DNA of 64,000 nucleotides, from the sequence record NC_062582.1. The stretch is one strand, 5' to 3'. A program made the position numbers and the translations under genes. The notes below the pieces were generated by a model, which had not been told where the DNA came from, searched no databases, and saw nothing but the letters and a program-made list of their open reading frames with translations. This document shows, in pieces, positions 8,268-17,344 of this stretch (positions are counted from its first letter, which is position 1; the number at the start of each line of letters is the position of its first letter).

Positions 8268-9665
8268 ATGCAACAATACCATGAGATCCTAGAACAAATT
8301 GCTTCCCAAGGTTCCCGTAAAGGAGATCGTACTGGGACCGGAACTACAAGTTGGTTCGGACAACATAAACGTTTTGATCTACATCATAAATTTCAACCGC
8401 GCTTGCCGGTAGTAACTACCAAAAAGATCCACCTTCAATCTATCGAGCATGAATTGTTCTGGATGTTGGCAGGTGATACTCGATTGGAATACCTAATCGA
8501 AAACGGTGTACGTATTTGGAATGAATGGGTTAAGCCCGGCACTGAGGTTTATCGCGACCTTACATTCGATGAACTCCATACCTATTTGGATAAGCACTGG
8601 GCGGTAACAGCGACCTTTACAAACTCAGATACACCTTATTCAATGACATGGCCTGATGAAGGTGAGAAGTATCTTCAGATCAGTCTAGACGCTTATCGTG
8701 AAGCCACAACTACCAGTGATATAGAACTACTAGGTTCCGGTCGTGGCGGCGATTTGAACTACGAACATTTGCGTCGTATCTATCGCGTTGTTGAAGGGAA
8801 AGAACCACGGCTGTTGGTTGGCGGTGATCTCGGTCCAGTCTACGGTAAGACATGGCGTGACATTGATGATGTCCGTATCATTCCTAAAGTGGAATGGGCG
8901 GACTATTGGAAACGTCAGTTTGATCTGGTGGTTGATATCCCTGGCGAAGACTACACCAAGGATCGTTGTGTGATCCAGCGCAAGGTTGACCAAGTTGCAG
9001 AGGTGTTGCATCTGTTGGAGAAAGAACCAGATAGTCGTCGGATTATCATCTGTGCCTGGGACCCACGATTGGTAGAAGATCAAGCACTCCCACCTTGCCA
9101 CGCTTTCATTCAATTCTGGACTCGCGAACTAACCGCAGAAGAACGGTTGGAAAAATACACCGCGATGGAAGACCAACGTATAAAGGACCAGATTGAAGCT
9201 GGTATCATGGAACGTGGTCAAGGTGTACCGTCGTCAGTAGACTCCTTTATTGCGTGTATGGATTTATTCGGTAATAAACGCAATACGATTGATGACTACC
9301 ATGACCGTATGGATAAAGAAGGTGTTCCTCGACGTGCAATCAGTTGTCAGTTGTACCAACGCAGTGCTGATACTTTCCTAGGTGTTCCTTTTAACATCAC
9401 CTTCTATTCGTTGCTGACCCACATGTTGGCTAACCAATTTAATATGGTAGCGGAAGAATTCATCTGGACCGGTGGTGATACACACGTGTATTCCAACCAC
9501 GAAAAACAAGTAGAACTACAATTGACGCGTGAATGTTATGGAACACCAACCATTACATTTAAACCAGAATCGAAAGGTAAACACATCTTGGATATTACTC
9601 GGGATGATTACACCATCGATAACTATAACTTCCATCCCCATATTGCAGGTAAGGTAGCTGTATGA
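8268..9665 (+). CDS. thyA: thymidylate synthase with large insertions
   Basis: DRTGTGT, HELFWMLAG, IWNEW, GPVYG, SRRIII, ALPPCH, YQRSADTFLGVPFN and GDTHVYSNH motifs. Confidence 0.97.
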   Translation: MQQYHEILEQIASQGSRKGDRTGTGTTSWFGQHKRFDLHHKFQPRLPVVTTKKIHLQSIEHELFWMLAGDTRLEYLIENGVRIWNEWVKPGTEVYRDLTFDELHTYLDKHWAVTATFTNSDTPYSMTWPDEGEKYLQISLDAYREATTTSDIELLGSGRGGDLNYEHLRRIYRVVEGKEPRLLVGGDLGPVYGKTWRDIDDVRIIPKVEWADYWKRQFDLVVDIPGEDYTKDRCVIQRKVDQVAEVLHLLEKEPDSRRIIICAWDPRLVEDQALPPCHAFIQFWTRELTAEERLEKYTAMEDQRIKDQIEAGIMERGQGVPSSVDSFIACMDLFGNKRNTIDDYHDRMDKEGVPRRAISCQLYQRSADTFLGVPFNITFYSLLTHMLANQFNMVAEEFIWTGGDTHVYSNHEKQVELQLTRECYGTPTITFKPESKGKHILDITRDDYTIDNYNFHPHIAGKVAV

Positions 9666-9943
9666 CAGATCGTATAGTTGAAGATGTACCTTTGAAAGAA
9701 GGCGAATTAGTGGTGTTTCATCAAACAACACCCTATGACGGGAATACACGTGTTGGACTATATCGTGCATTAGTAGACTTTACAGTAAAGTCCGACCACT
9801 ACGTACACGAGTTAATTGATGATCCCGAGAGTGACAACGGTTTTGACTTCATCTGTAAATATGAATTTATTGATAAGCTTATTGAGGAAGGTAAGCTTGA
9901 AGAAGTTAAACACAAATTTATTTATATCCGGAGTGAGAATTAA
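9662..9943 (+). CDS. hypothetical protein
   Basis: ATGA overlap with thyA. Confidence 0.7.
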   Translation: MTDRIVEDVPLKEGELVVFHQTTPYDGNTRVGLYRALVDFTVKSDHYVHELIDDPESDNGFDFICKYEFIDKLIEEGKLEEVKHKFIYIRSEN

Positions 9944-9946
9944 AAA

Positions 9947-10030
9947 ATGAAAGAAGAATATGAAGGTCTTGATATCGGCTGTGAAGAAATCAATCTAGGG
10001 TTTATGACTGCCACTAAGGAATGGACTTAA
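9947..10030 (+). CDS. micro-ORF, 27 aa (MKEEYEGLDIGCEEINLGFMTATKEWT)
   Basis: Read manually; 3 nt after the upstream stop and coupled to the next ORF by TAATG. Confidence 0.5.
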   Translation: MKEEYEGLDIGCEEINLGFMTATKEWT

Positions 10031-10086
10031 TGAATAAATATGATGAACGTCCTGACATCATCACTAACGAAGAGGAGTGGGTATGA
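10030..10086 (+). CDS. micro-ORF, 18 aa (MNKYDERPDIITNEEEWV)
   Basis: AAGGA SD, TAATG start and ATGA stop overlaps. Confidence 0.5.
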   Translation: MNKYDERPDIITNEEEWV

Positions 10087-10172
10087 GCGTAGAAACTATT
10101 ATCGGTCGTGATGAGTACGAAGGTTATGACGAACACGATGATCTTGTCATTCGCGAAGAAGATTGGATCTAA
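10083..10172 (+). CDS. micro-ORF, 29 aa (MSVETIIGRDEYEGYDEHDDLVIREEDWI)
   Basis: GAGGAG SD 5 nt upstream; overlaps with neighbours at both ends. Confidence 0.55.
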   Translation: MSVETIIGRDEYEGYDEHDDLVIREEDWI

Positions 10173-10261
10173 TGACCGCTTGGCAAAGGGCATTGGCCGC
10201 CGGGTATAAAGGTCGTTGGATTGACTGGTGGGTTAGCTACCATACACAGTACTTAAACTGA
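10172..10261 (+). CDS. micro-ORF, 29 aa (MTAWQRALAAGYKGRWIDWWVSYHTQYLN)
   Basis: TAATG coupling; ends at a terminator hairpin. Confidence 0.5.
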   Translation: MTAWQRALAAGYKGRWIDWWVSYHTQYLN

Positions 10262-10283
10262 GCCTCATTGTGAGGCTCTTTTA
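10260..10283 (+). terminator. intrinsic terminator
   Basis: GAGCCTCA-TTG-TGAGGCTC-TTTT. Confidence 0.7.
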
Positions 10284-10297
10284 TAACGGAGATTACA

Positions 10298-10459
10298 ATG
10301 ATCATTATGCCTGAGATGCTTCGCCGAGCAAGACCGATTGAAGAGTTCCGTAAAGACCGCAGCAAGTGTAAAGAAGATTCTGGCGAACGCACTAACACTA
10401 AACTCCATGACCAACCTTTCTATCATCGTGGTAAACAAGGTAAAATGAGGAAGTTCTAA
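10298..10459 (+). CDS. small basic hypothetical protein (53 aa, not in ORF track)
   Basis: GGAG SD; MIIMPEMLRR...PFYHRGKQGKMRKF. Confidence 0.55.
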   Translation: MIIMPEMLRRARPIEEFRKDRSKCKEDSGERTNTKLHDQPFYHRGKQGKMRKF

Positions 10460-10460
10460 A

Positions 10461-10649
10461 ATGGTTAAAGAAACGGTAATCAGTCTGAAGCACTCTGGAA
10501 TCGATATTAAGTTCACACCATCCACGAAATTAGAAATTGAAGAGATGACTGATAACCTAAAGCTATTAAGTGGCTTTGCTATGCTTCACCATCTTTTTAG
10601 TAAAGGATTGTTAAAAGAAACCCAAAGAGCTATGGGTTATATCAAATGA
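10461..10649 (+). CDS. hypothetical protein
   Basis: Tightly packed operon ORF. Confidence 0.6.
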   Translation: MVKETVISLKHSGIDIKFTPSTKLEIEEMTDNLKLLSGFAMLHHLFSKGLLKETQRAMGYIK

Positions 10650-10930
10650 AAAGACAATCAATTAACTTTTCAGGTAGTCTTAAATTAGCTGGATTGGTAT
10701 ATAAACCTGATACAGCTCTGACAAAATATATCCACAATATTCTAGAAGCTATGCAGGGACGCTTCCACGAGAGAGACCATCAGGATATTTTATTGTCAAT
10801 AAAAGCTTCCCGAAAACCCACATGGCTAGGTAGACCAGAATCAGGTAAGTTTAAAATATTTATCGTCCGTACAGATCGTCCTAGCTCTGAAGTTATCGTC
10901 GACGATAAATTCTACAGTGACGAGTTATAA
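10646..10930 (+). CDS. hypothetical protein
   Basis: ATGA overlap. Confidence 0.65.
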   Translation: MKRQSINFSGSLKLAGLVYKPDTALTKYIHNILEAMQGRFHERDHQDILLSIKASRKPTWLGRPESGKFKIFIVRTDRPSSEVIVDDKFYSDEL

Positions 10931-10966
10931 TCTGTAGTAAATACATTTACCTAAAAGGAAAGTTAC

Positions 10967-11515
10967 ATGTCTAAAACACAGCTAGAACCCATTGAAGTAT
11001 TTAATGTGGTTAAGACCGTACCATCGTTGATGAAAGCATTCCGTGAAGAATGTTACAGCATGCCGTTGCAAGAGTCCTTGGAATATCAAGCAGACTCCGA
11101 AAAGAAATATGATCACCGCTTGGGCATCGCCTTTCTGAAAAAGCACGGTATCCCTACCACACGTGAAGATCTGTTTGATGACGGCAAATATAACTACACC
11201 TCTGTAATGGATGGTGATGTACGTTACAACGTTGGTCAATTTATCGTGTTGTTCTCTGAGACTATTTATAGTTCCGGTGACATGACTCGTGAGAATACCT
11301 GGGTACTAGAGGTAATGGATGAGTTCCATTTCCCCGCCGATAAACCACTACACAGCATGCGTGTAGAATCGATTCGTGAAGCACTTCATGATTACTTGAG
11401 CATTGGTATTGTACGATTGCATCCAGCTGGTCTGCGTATGTATCGTCATGAGCACACCTACGGTTTTGCGGAACGTATTAATAAGAAGGTAAAAGACGAT
11501 GAGCAAGCATCCTGA
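10967..11515 (+). CDS. hypothetical protein
   Basis: AAAAGGAAA SD, 182 aa. Confidence 0.75.
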   Translation: MSKTQLEPIEVFNVVKTVPSLMKAFREECYSMPLQESLEYQADSEKKYDHRLGIAFLKKHGIPTTREDLFDDGKYNYTSVMDGDVRYNVGQFIVLFSETIYSSGDMTRENTWVLEVMDEFHFPADKPLHSMRVESIREALHDYLSIGIVRLHPAGLRMYRHEHTYGFAERINKKVKDDEQAS

Positions 11516-11867
11516 GATTCATTTCGAGATGCTCCATTTACAAGTAGCTTCCATCTTTAAATACTACGGTGGTATGGTTTCTGATAAGTGGGTTATGGCT
11601 ACTTACAAACCACTCACTATTGATGGTGTTAATGTAATCGAGTATTCTCTTGAGCAGGACGAAGCGACCCCTGCTAAACGTAAGCTTGTAATTACTATCA
11701 TGGTTGAAGAGCGTCAATTCACTTTCTACCAGAATTATAATTACGGCGTACCTCTTGACAATGGTATTACCTATCTACCTAAACAGGTTAACAAAGATCT
11801 TATCGATCTGGAATACGCACTGTCTATTGTAACCGAACACACCGCTGACCAAATCGTAAAAGCCTAG
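11499..11867 (+). CDS. hypothetical protein
   Basis: Operon ORF. Confidence 0.7.
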   Translation: MSKHPEIHFEMLHLQVASIFKYYGGMVSDKWVMATYKPLTIDGVNVIEYSLEQDEATPAKRKLVITIMVEERQFTFYQNYNYGVPLDNGITYLPKQVNKDLIDLEYALSIVTEHTADQIVKA

Positions 11868-11878
11868 GAGTTATTCAA

Positions 11879-12235
11879 ATGACCTACCAACTGCAATCTG
11901 TTATCCAACAGGCCATCAGTGGTAGCAAGTGTGTGCTCGCTGTATATCAAGCCTTAGAGTGCCTTGCTCGGCACTCTTTTATGGCGCCACACGCTGCTGC
12001 TCGTTATCCTGAACTCGGTAAACTGACTCGGGAAGATATCACAATCGAAGGTGGTTTATCCGCAAAACGTTCGATGCGAATCATTAATAAAGATCATCCG
12101 CTCTATGGGGTTACTTACGTGCATTGCATGGCAGGTTATAAGCACGTTGACCTAAGTGCTTATAATGGCATCGCTGGTTATTTCATTGATCCCGAAGAAC
12201 GGGTTCTTAAATACATTCGGAAGGATCTCTTCTAA
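11879..12235 (+). CDS. hypothetical protein
   Basis: AGGAG SD. Confidence 0.7.
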   Translation: MTYQLQSVIQQAISGSKCVLAVYQALECLARHSFMAPHAAARYPELGKLTREDITIEGGLSAKRSMRIINKDHPLYGVTYVHCMAGYKHVDLSAYNGIAGYFIDPEERVLKYIRKDLF

Positions 12236-12269
12236 ATTTAATCTGCCCTAATCAGGCAAGGAGTTCTAT

Positions 12270-12620
12270 ATGCGTTGGTTCACATTAGTTATAATGATGT
12301 TGTTTGTTGGGTGTCAACCTTCTTATGCCGAGAAGGAAGTTCAACTGACCACTAAGTCTTGTCAGGTAGCAACGCAACTAGCGAAACGTTCTCTAGATAT
12401 GTTTCGTAGTGGTAAGGACCAGTTTGACGTTATGGTAATGCTGAACAACTACAACACAAATGGAAGTCCTGAAGCTTTTGCAGGGAAAGTGTTTGTACAG
12501 CTAACAGTTGTAGATTTACAGAAGAACGTATTTAAAGCTTTCAAAGATAAACCGATTATGTTCGAATTTACCGAGGCGTGCACTAAACAACTCGGTTTCA
12601 AAATACCAAAAGGAAAATGA
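12270..12620 (+). CDS. putative secreted protein
   Basis: Signal-like N-terminus, two further Cys; similar layout to 1685..2056. Confidence 0.65.
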   Translation: MRWFTLVIMMLFVGCQPSYAEKEVQLTTKSCQVATQLAKRSLDMFRSGKDQFDVMVMLNNYNTNGSPEAFAGKVFVQLTVVDLQKNVFKAFKDKPIMFEFTEACTKQLGFKIPKGK

Positions 12621-12758
12621 TTCAAATGTTTAAGTCTAACGGTTTCTGGACTTGTATCTCGGTGGCTACACTTGTGGCCGCTCTTACATTTACTACCTTT
12701 AGTATCAATCGGCACAATCAACAAGTCGCTGCCGAATGCAGTCGTTATCCATTAGGGT

Positions 12759-13253
12759 GTGAGGTTGCTCGTGAAAAGTAAAGTTATCGTACAAGGTCGC
12801 TGGGTATTAGGGCATAAAGACCAATGGCGTTTAACCATTGATCCATACGTAGAAGTCTATGCCACTAAAAATAATAAGTTGGTTCCCGCTAGTGCATTCC
12901 TTCTGGCTGACCTAGACCGCTTAGAAGGCGAAAGAAAGTTCAACATAAACAATGTAACGCTTGATGACATTGAAGGTCGTACAGAGCGTCTCACGATCTT
13001 TAACATGGGTGATCTATCAAACGTACATGGTTACGACTATGAAATGTTTCTATTGTTAGAACCTACTGATCTGTCAGTATCTAACAATGTTGTATTCGAA
13101 GCCTATGTCGACGATATCGTTCTGGATGAAGATGACGAACCACTGGATCTAGAAATTATGCGGCGTTTGAAAACACTTACTGCACCTATGTCTGTGACCT
13201 GCACTCAACGCTCCCATGGAGGTATTTATGTTCCATCTACTCAAAGCCATTAA
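12759..13253 (+). CDS. hypothetical protein
   Basis: 164-aa ORF, GTG start. Confidence 0.65.
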   Translation: MRLLVKSKVIVQGRWVLGHKDQWRLTIDPYVEVYATKNNKLVPASAFLLADLDRLEGERKFNINNVTLDDIEGRTERLTIFNMGDLSNVHGYDYEMFLLLEPTDLSVSNNVVFEAYVDDIVLDEDDEPLDLEIMRRLKTLTAPMSVTCTQRSHGGIYVPSTQSH

Positions 13254-13632
13254 GAACTTTATCTGGTATCCAGGTAACGTTTACACTTTGCCCGAATGCA
13301 TTGTTGTGGGTTTGCCAATGTCGCACAACAACGAATATGAAATACAACTGCATCATCCAAATGAAGCACGTGATGACGTTTATCATGGCTTCAGTATTCC
13401 TTCGTATCTACCAGACGAAGTACGTGAACCTGGTGCCCCGTCTGGGTTTACATTTGAACATCGTGATAACAATACTATCTTCGTTACATTCGATGTGGAA
13501 ACAATGCGTATTTGGACATCCGGTCGTAAGGTTGAAGACTATTGCTTCTCGCTGTACGATAAGACTAATGACATTGTGATACTGAACAAATACAAGTTTG
13601 TTACTCGTTCGGGTTCAAGTCTAAACGGATAA
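13228..13632 (+). CDS. hypothetical protein
   Basis: GGAGG SD before the ATG at 13228. Confidence 0.7.
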   Translation: MFHLLKAIKNFIWYPGNVYTLPECIVVGLPMSHNNEYEIQLHHPNEARDDVYHGFSIPSYLPDEVREPGAPSGFTFEHRDNNTIFVTFDVETMRIWTSGRKVEDYCFSLYDKTNDIVILNKYKFVTRSGSSLNG

Positions 13633-13684
13633 ACAATACTCACGCCGTAAACGATTTGATAACATTCACTAAAAGGAAACAACA

Positions 13685-14038
13685 ATGACTATTTACTTTG
13701 AAGGTAATGGTAAATCCAAAGCAGTTACAACTGAACAAGCACGAGATCAATTCATCTTTGCATTGAAAGCAAAGCGTGATGAAGTTCTGAATGACCCTGA
13801 ACTAGATAGCTACGAAGACTCCGCTCAGCGTGATCGTGTACTGGCAGATAAAACTATCAAAGGTGTTCTGCAAGTATTGGATGGTGACACACCACACTTC
13901 CCTTACATGAATCTTCTGCCGGGCGTACCTGATGAAGACTACGAAGAAGCCATTGCAGCAGGTGCCGATTACTTTGATAACGGCGGTGGTTCTATTGGTG
14001 GTGGTTTGGCCGATTACTTTAGCATGGTGAATAGCTAA
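13685..14038 (+). CDS. paralog-array protein 1 (C-terminus YFSMVNS)
   Basis: AAAAGGAAA SD; shared helix and C-terminal motif with neighbours. Confidence 0.75.
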   Translation: MTIYFEGNGKSKAVTTEQARDQFIFALKAKRDEVLNDPELDSYEDSAQRDRVLADKTIKGVLQVLDGDTPHFPYMNLLPGVPDEDYEEAIAAGADYFDNGGGSIGGGLADYFSMVNS

Positions 14039-14283
14039 TGGCCACTCTATGGGAAGATGTCGTAGGTCACTCTGCTTACGACCTGCAAGAGAAACGTGAG
14101 TTGACTCTAAAAGAATGTGCAACCATGACGCCAGCAAACATCTTTGACGCAGCGGTAATGTATACCCTTACCCATATCGAAGGAAAGTACGACATAATTG
14201 CTAAAGGTGCATGTAACAGTGATGGCAGTCCTTTCTATGCAACGGATATGGCCAGAGAATATTTCCGAGTGGTGAATACATGA
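14038..14283 (+). CDS. paralog-array protein 2 (C-terminus YFRVVNT)
   Basis: TAATG coupling. Confidence 0.7.
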   Translation: MATLWEDVVGHSAYDLQEKRELTLKECATMTPANIFDAAVMYTLTHIEGKYDIIAKGACNSDGSPFYATDMAREYFRVVNT

Positions 14284-14555
14284 GTGATATCGAATACCCT
14301 ATCTCTGGACCAATGGTTGATCAGTTAGTTGTAATTCACACTGAACTCCTTTCTGACGTACCGCCTGAGTCTCTCGACCTGGTTAAAGATAAAATCACAC
14401 AAGCTATCCACAAGACCTGTTTTGTATTTGAAGATAACTGGGATTGGCAGAATAACTGCGGTCGCATGTGTCAAGGTGGTGATGCGGAAGAAGAAACCGC
14501 AGAAGAAGGATGGCAGGATATTGGCGTTAGATTCTTTAATAAGGTGAATACCTAA
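14280..14555 (+). CDS. paralog-array protein 3 (C-terminus FFNKVNT)
   Basis: ATGA coupling. Confidence 0.7.
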   Translation: MSDIEYPISGPMVDQLVVIHTELLSDVPPESLDLVKDKITQAIHKTCFVFEDNWDWQNNCGRMCQGGDAEEETAEEGWQDIGVRFFNKVNT

Positions 14556-15211
14556 TGTACAATGCAGATGAAGCAATGCGACGATACGTGTACGCAATGC
14601 AACAAAGGTTCCGTGCACCCATCCCCGTCCCGTATGACCCGAGTAAGCCAGTAACCCATGAACTGGGTATGGATGAAAAAGATAGGGACCCGTGGATAAA
14701 ACAACGGGAACCCATTAAGATTGTTGATATCGATGGAAAAATTATTGACTGTAATGTAGTTAGCTTGGCAGATTTTAAGAAACAATGTCAAGATTACATG
14801 GACTCGACTGGTATCGTTAGTCCAATTGACTTACCAACGAAATACGGTGAAAGCAAAGAAGGTATTAATCGTCTCATTCGAAATATACATAACGATCACC
14901 AAAATCTTCAAGCCCTAAGCGAAGATAGTTTTGATGAACTCATTCAATCGTCTGCTAATTCTCTGGTTTACGATAGCCTTGATGTTATTAAACACAAGGT
15001 TAAACTTACCCCACAAGCGGAGTTACATGTACTACAGGTATTGAATGATGTTGTCGAGCTAACAGCGCATACTGTCTGCGAATATAACCAAGTGATGCAT
15101 GATACGGGTATGAATTACGCTTACCCAGAATTGGTTATTGATAGTTTTGTTAGTGCGGGAGAAGAGATCGATCGCCACATTCTAAAACTATGGGATGACA
15201 TCAGCACATGA
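14555..15211 (+). CDS. paralog-array protein 4, N-terminally extended (C-terminus LWDDIST)
   Basis: TAATG coupling. Confidence 0.75.
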   Translation: MYNADEAMRRYVYAMQQRFRAPIPVPYDPSKPVTHELGMDEKDRDPWIKQREPIKIVDIDGKIIDCNVVSLADFKKQCQDYMDSTGIVSPIDLPTKYGESKEGINRLIRNIHNDHQNLQALSEDSFDELIQSSANSLVYDSLDVIKHKVKLTPQAELHVLQVLNDVVELTAHTVCEYNQVMHDTGMNYAYPELVIDSFVSAGEEIDRHILKLWDDIST

Positions 15212-15576
15212 GTCCAAAAGAGTTTGATCAGTGGATTAAAGTAAATGCTGAGTTGTCGCTTGCACGCGAAGATGCTGAGAAAGTAATTAAAGAAGTAACC
15301 GTATCTGCGGTTACTCAGGCGATGGAAACTTGTTTTGAATCTATTCTCCCACATGCTAAAGATGTACCTCATACCGAGTACCATCTTCGTAAAGCTATCA
15401 ACATCCTAGCTGATACGATAACACAAGAGACCATGTCATTTACCACCTTGTTGGAAATACATAATGGTGTCAGGGGTGAATTCGCTCCTTCCGCCATTGT
15501 TGTTCAAGGTTGTAGAGAAGCAATCAGCACCCATGGTAAACTAGTCAGTAAGCTATTTGACGAAATCAGTAACTGA
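15208..15576 (+). CDS. paralog-array protein 5 (C-terminus LFDEISN)
   Basis: ATGA coupling. Confidence 0.7.
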   Translation: MSPKEFDQWIKVNAELSLAREDAEKVIKEVTVSAVTQAMETCFESILPHAKDVPHTEYHLRKAINILADTITQETMSFTTLLEIHNGVRGEFAPSAIVVQGCREAISTHGKLVSKLFDEISN

Positions 15577-15586
15577 GGTTAATACA

Positions 15587-16183
15587 ATGTCACAGTACCC
15601 TAACTACGGTTTGAGTTTTGTTGTAACTGATACGGTTGAAGGTAACCGTGGTTCTGCTTTAACTGGATTACTATATCAGATGCATGAACCGAATGGACAA
15701 CTGGTACTAGACTACCGTAGACTGATGAAGCGCAAAGAACGACGCAAAACTTGCATCGTCACCGCTTATAAAGGAATAACACCCGTTGGCATGTGTGTCT
15801 GTTATATAAACAGTGCATTCACAGCAACCTATGTAAAACCCGAGTATCGTGGTAAAGGTGTCGGTTCAGCAATGATCCGTGAATTGAGACAGTACCATAA
15901 CCTAGCTAATCGTGTACTCACTGGGGATTCAGGCTTTAATGGTTGGGAAAATTTCTTTGCCCGTAATCACATCATGCAAGTAAGGACTTCAGGTAGTACA
16001 GAAGAAATTAATGCATGGGCGGATCGAGGTAAAGGTAGTCTTCTGACTTTCCTTAACTTTAAGAAGAAACGTCAGTACCTAACAAATACGCGAAGAGCGC
16101 AACGAATTTCTACTAAGGTTGCCAATACTGCGAGTAGTTACATGGCGGCATGGGTGAAGCCAATGCATGAGGTTCGAGCATGA
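15587..16183 (+). CDS. GNAT family acetyltransferase
   Basis: Acetyl-CoA motif A: YVKPEYRGKGVGSAMI; GAGG SD before the ATG at 15587. Confidence 0.75.
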   Translation: MSQYPNYGLSFVVTDTVEGNRGSALTGLLYQMHEPNGQLVLDYRRLMKRKERRKTCIVTAYKGITPVGMCVCYINSAFTATYVKPEYRGKGVGSAMIRELRQYHNLANRVLTGDSGFNGWENFFARNHIMQVRTSGSTEEINAWADRGKGSLLTFLNFKKKRQYLTNTRRAQRISTKVANTASSYMAAWVKPMHEVRA

Positions 16184-16476
16184 AGCTTGAAGAACAAACG
16201 TTGCAAGATAGTTGTCTAAATCGGTTACGTGAAATAAAAGAAGAACTTGTTTCAGAATTACCAGAAGATCTTGCCAGAACAACAGGTTTGTTAATCCAAG
16301 TTGCAATTGGTCTAACAGTCGAGACAATTGAAAAACATTATCAAATTAGTTTCCAAAGTTCTGAACTAGTTGAGTCCGGTACGTCAGAAGACCCAGCTAT
16401 TCAAATGCGTAGTATCCCTACAACAGAATATGTTCACGGGTTGTCTGCCAAATACTTCGAATCTGTAAACTCTTAA
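16180..16476 (+). CDS. paralog-array protein 6 (C-terminus YFESVNS)
   Basis: ATGA coupling. Confidence 0.7.
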   Translation: MKLEEQTLQDSCLNRLREIKEELVSELPEDLARTTGLLIQVAIGLTVETIEKHYQISFQSSELVESGTSEDPAIQMRSIPTTEYVHGLSAKYFESVNS

Positions 16477-16489
16477 GAGGTTTTAAAAA

Positions 16490-16780
16490 ATGAGCGTAGA
16501 TACATTTATTAGTGCTGTAAAAGACAAACGCAACGAAGCTCGTGAACTTTACGAGAAAGAACTGGTTGCCGCTTTTGATGAGGGTGGTAAACCGGATTGG
16601 CACGGGATCGCAGCAAGAGCTATTGACCATGCTGTTGCCGGGGTTCTTGATGTTGTTGAAGAACAATACGAAAGCATTGTAGCGGGTGCAGCCCTTGATT
16701 CCGAAGGCGAAGAAGTTGACGTTAGTCTTACTGTAATGGCTGAACTTTCTACTTTGTACTTCGAAGAAATCAGTAACTAA
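16490..16780 (+). CDS. paralog-array protein 7 (C-terminus YFEEISN)
   Basis: GAGG SD; followed by a terminator. Confidence 0.7.
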   Translation: MSVDTFISAVKDKRNEARELYEKELVAAFDEGGKPDWHGIAARAIDHAVAGVLDVVEEQYESIVAGAALDSEGEEVDVSLTVMAELSTLYFEEISN

Positions 16781-16785
16781 AATAC

Positions 16786-16810
16786 AGGGAGGCGAAAGCT
16801 TCCCTTTATA
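16786..16810 (+). terminator. intrinsic terminator
   Basis: AGGGAGGC-GAAA-GCTTCCCT-TTATA. Confidence 0.7.
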
Positions 16811-16830
16811 CCTTTTATAGGAATCTTTAA

Positions 16831-17340
16831 ATGACCGTACAATCAATCATTCTATTCTTTGCCGCCGTAGGTTTGTTGGTGTGGTTCTTTAGTTGGTTAG
16901 GTAAGAAGTCTGCTCGTATCGTAGCTACGGTAAAGAAAGATTACTACGCTAAACTTGAGAAGGTCCCGTTCTTTATTTTCAACTTTGCAAATATCACAGT
17001 TCGCGTAAAAGACGTAGCTGTGCATTTGAATAACTTCAAACCACTACGGGTCATTTTCAACGATCTCAAAGCTGGTGATTTCTCTGAAACTCAGTTTCTT
17101 ATGATCCGTGATGATGGCGCCGCAGCTTACAATACCAAGTCAGCTGCTGAAGCTGTATTTAAGTCAGCTATCCATCTGGCCCTTATAGAAGTCACCGCAG
17201 ACAAAGCAGGACGCCTCACGGTTACTCCACACGCACTGCCAGGTTATGAGGAAGCTGTACGAGTTGAACTAGGTTACAATGCCTTTAAAGAACTAGAAGC
17301 ACCTAACTTCATTAAACTTGCACGCGAATACAAAGGTTAA
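16831..17340 (+). CDS. membrane-anchored hypothetical protein
   Basis: N-terminal TM helix (IILFFAAVGLLVWFFSWL). Confidence 0.7.
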   Translation: MTVQSIILFFAAVGLLVWFFSWLGKKSARIVATVKKDYYAKLEKVPFFIFNFANITVRVKDVAVHLNNFKPLRVIFNDLKAGDFSETQFLMIRDDGAAAYNTKSAAEAVFKSAIHLALIEVTADKAGRLTVTPHALPGYEEAVRVELGYNAFKELEAPNFIKLAREYKG

Positions 17341-17344
17341 TATA

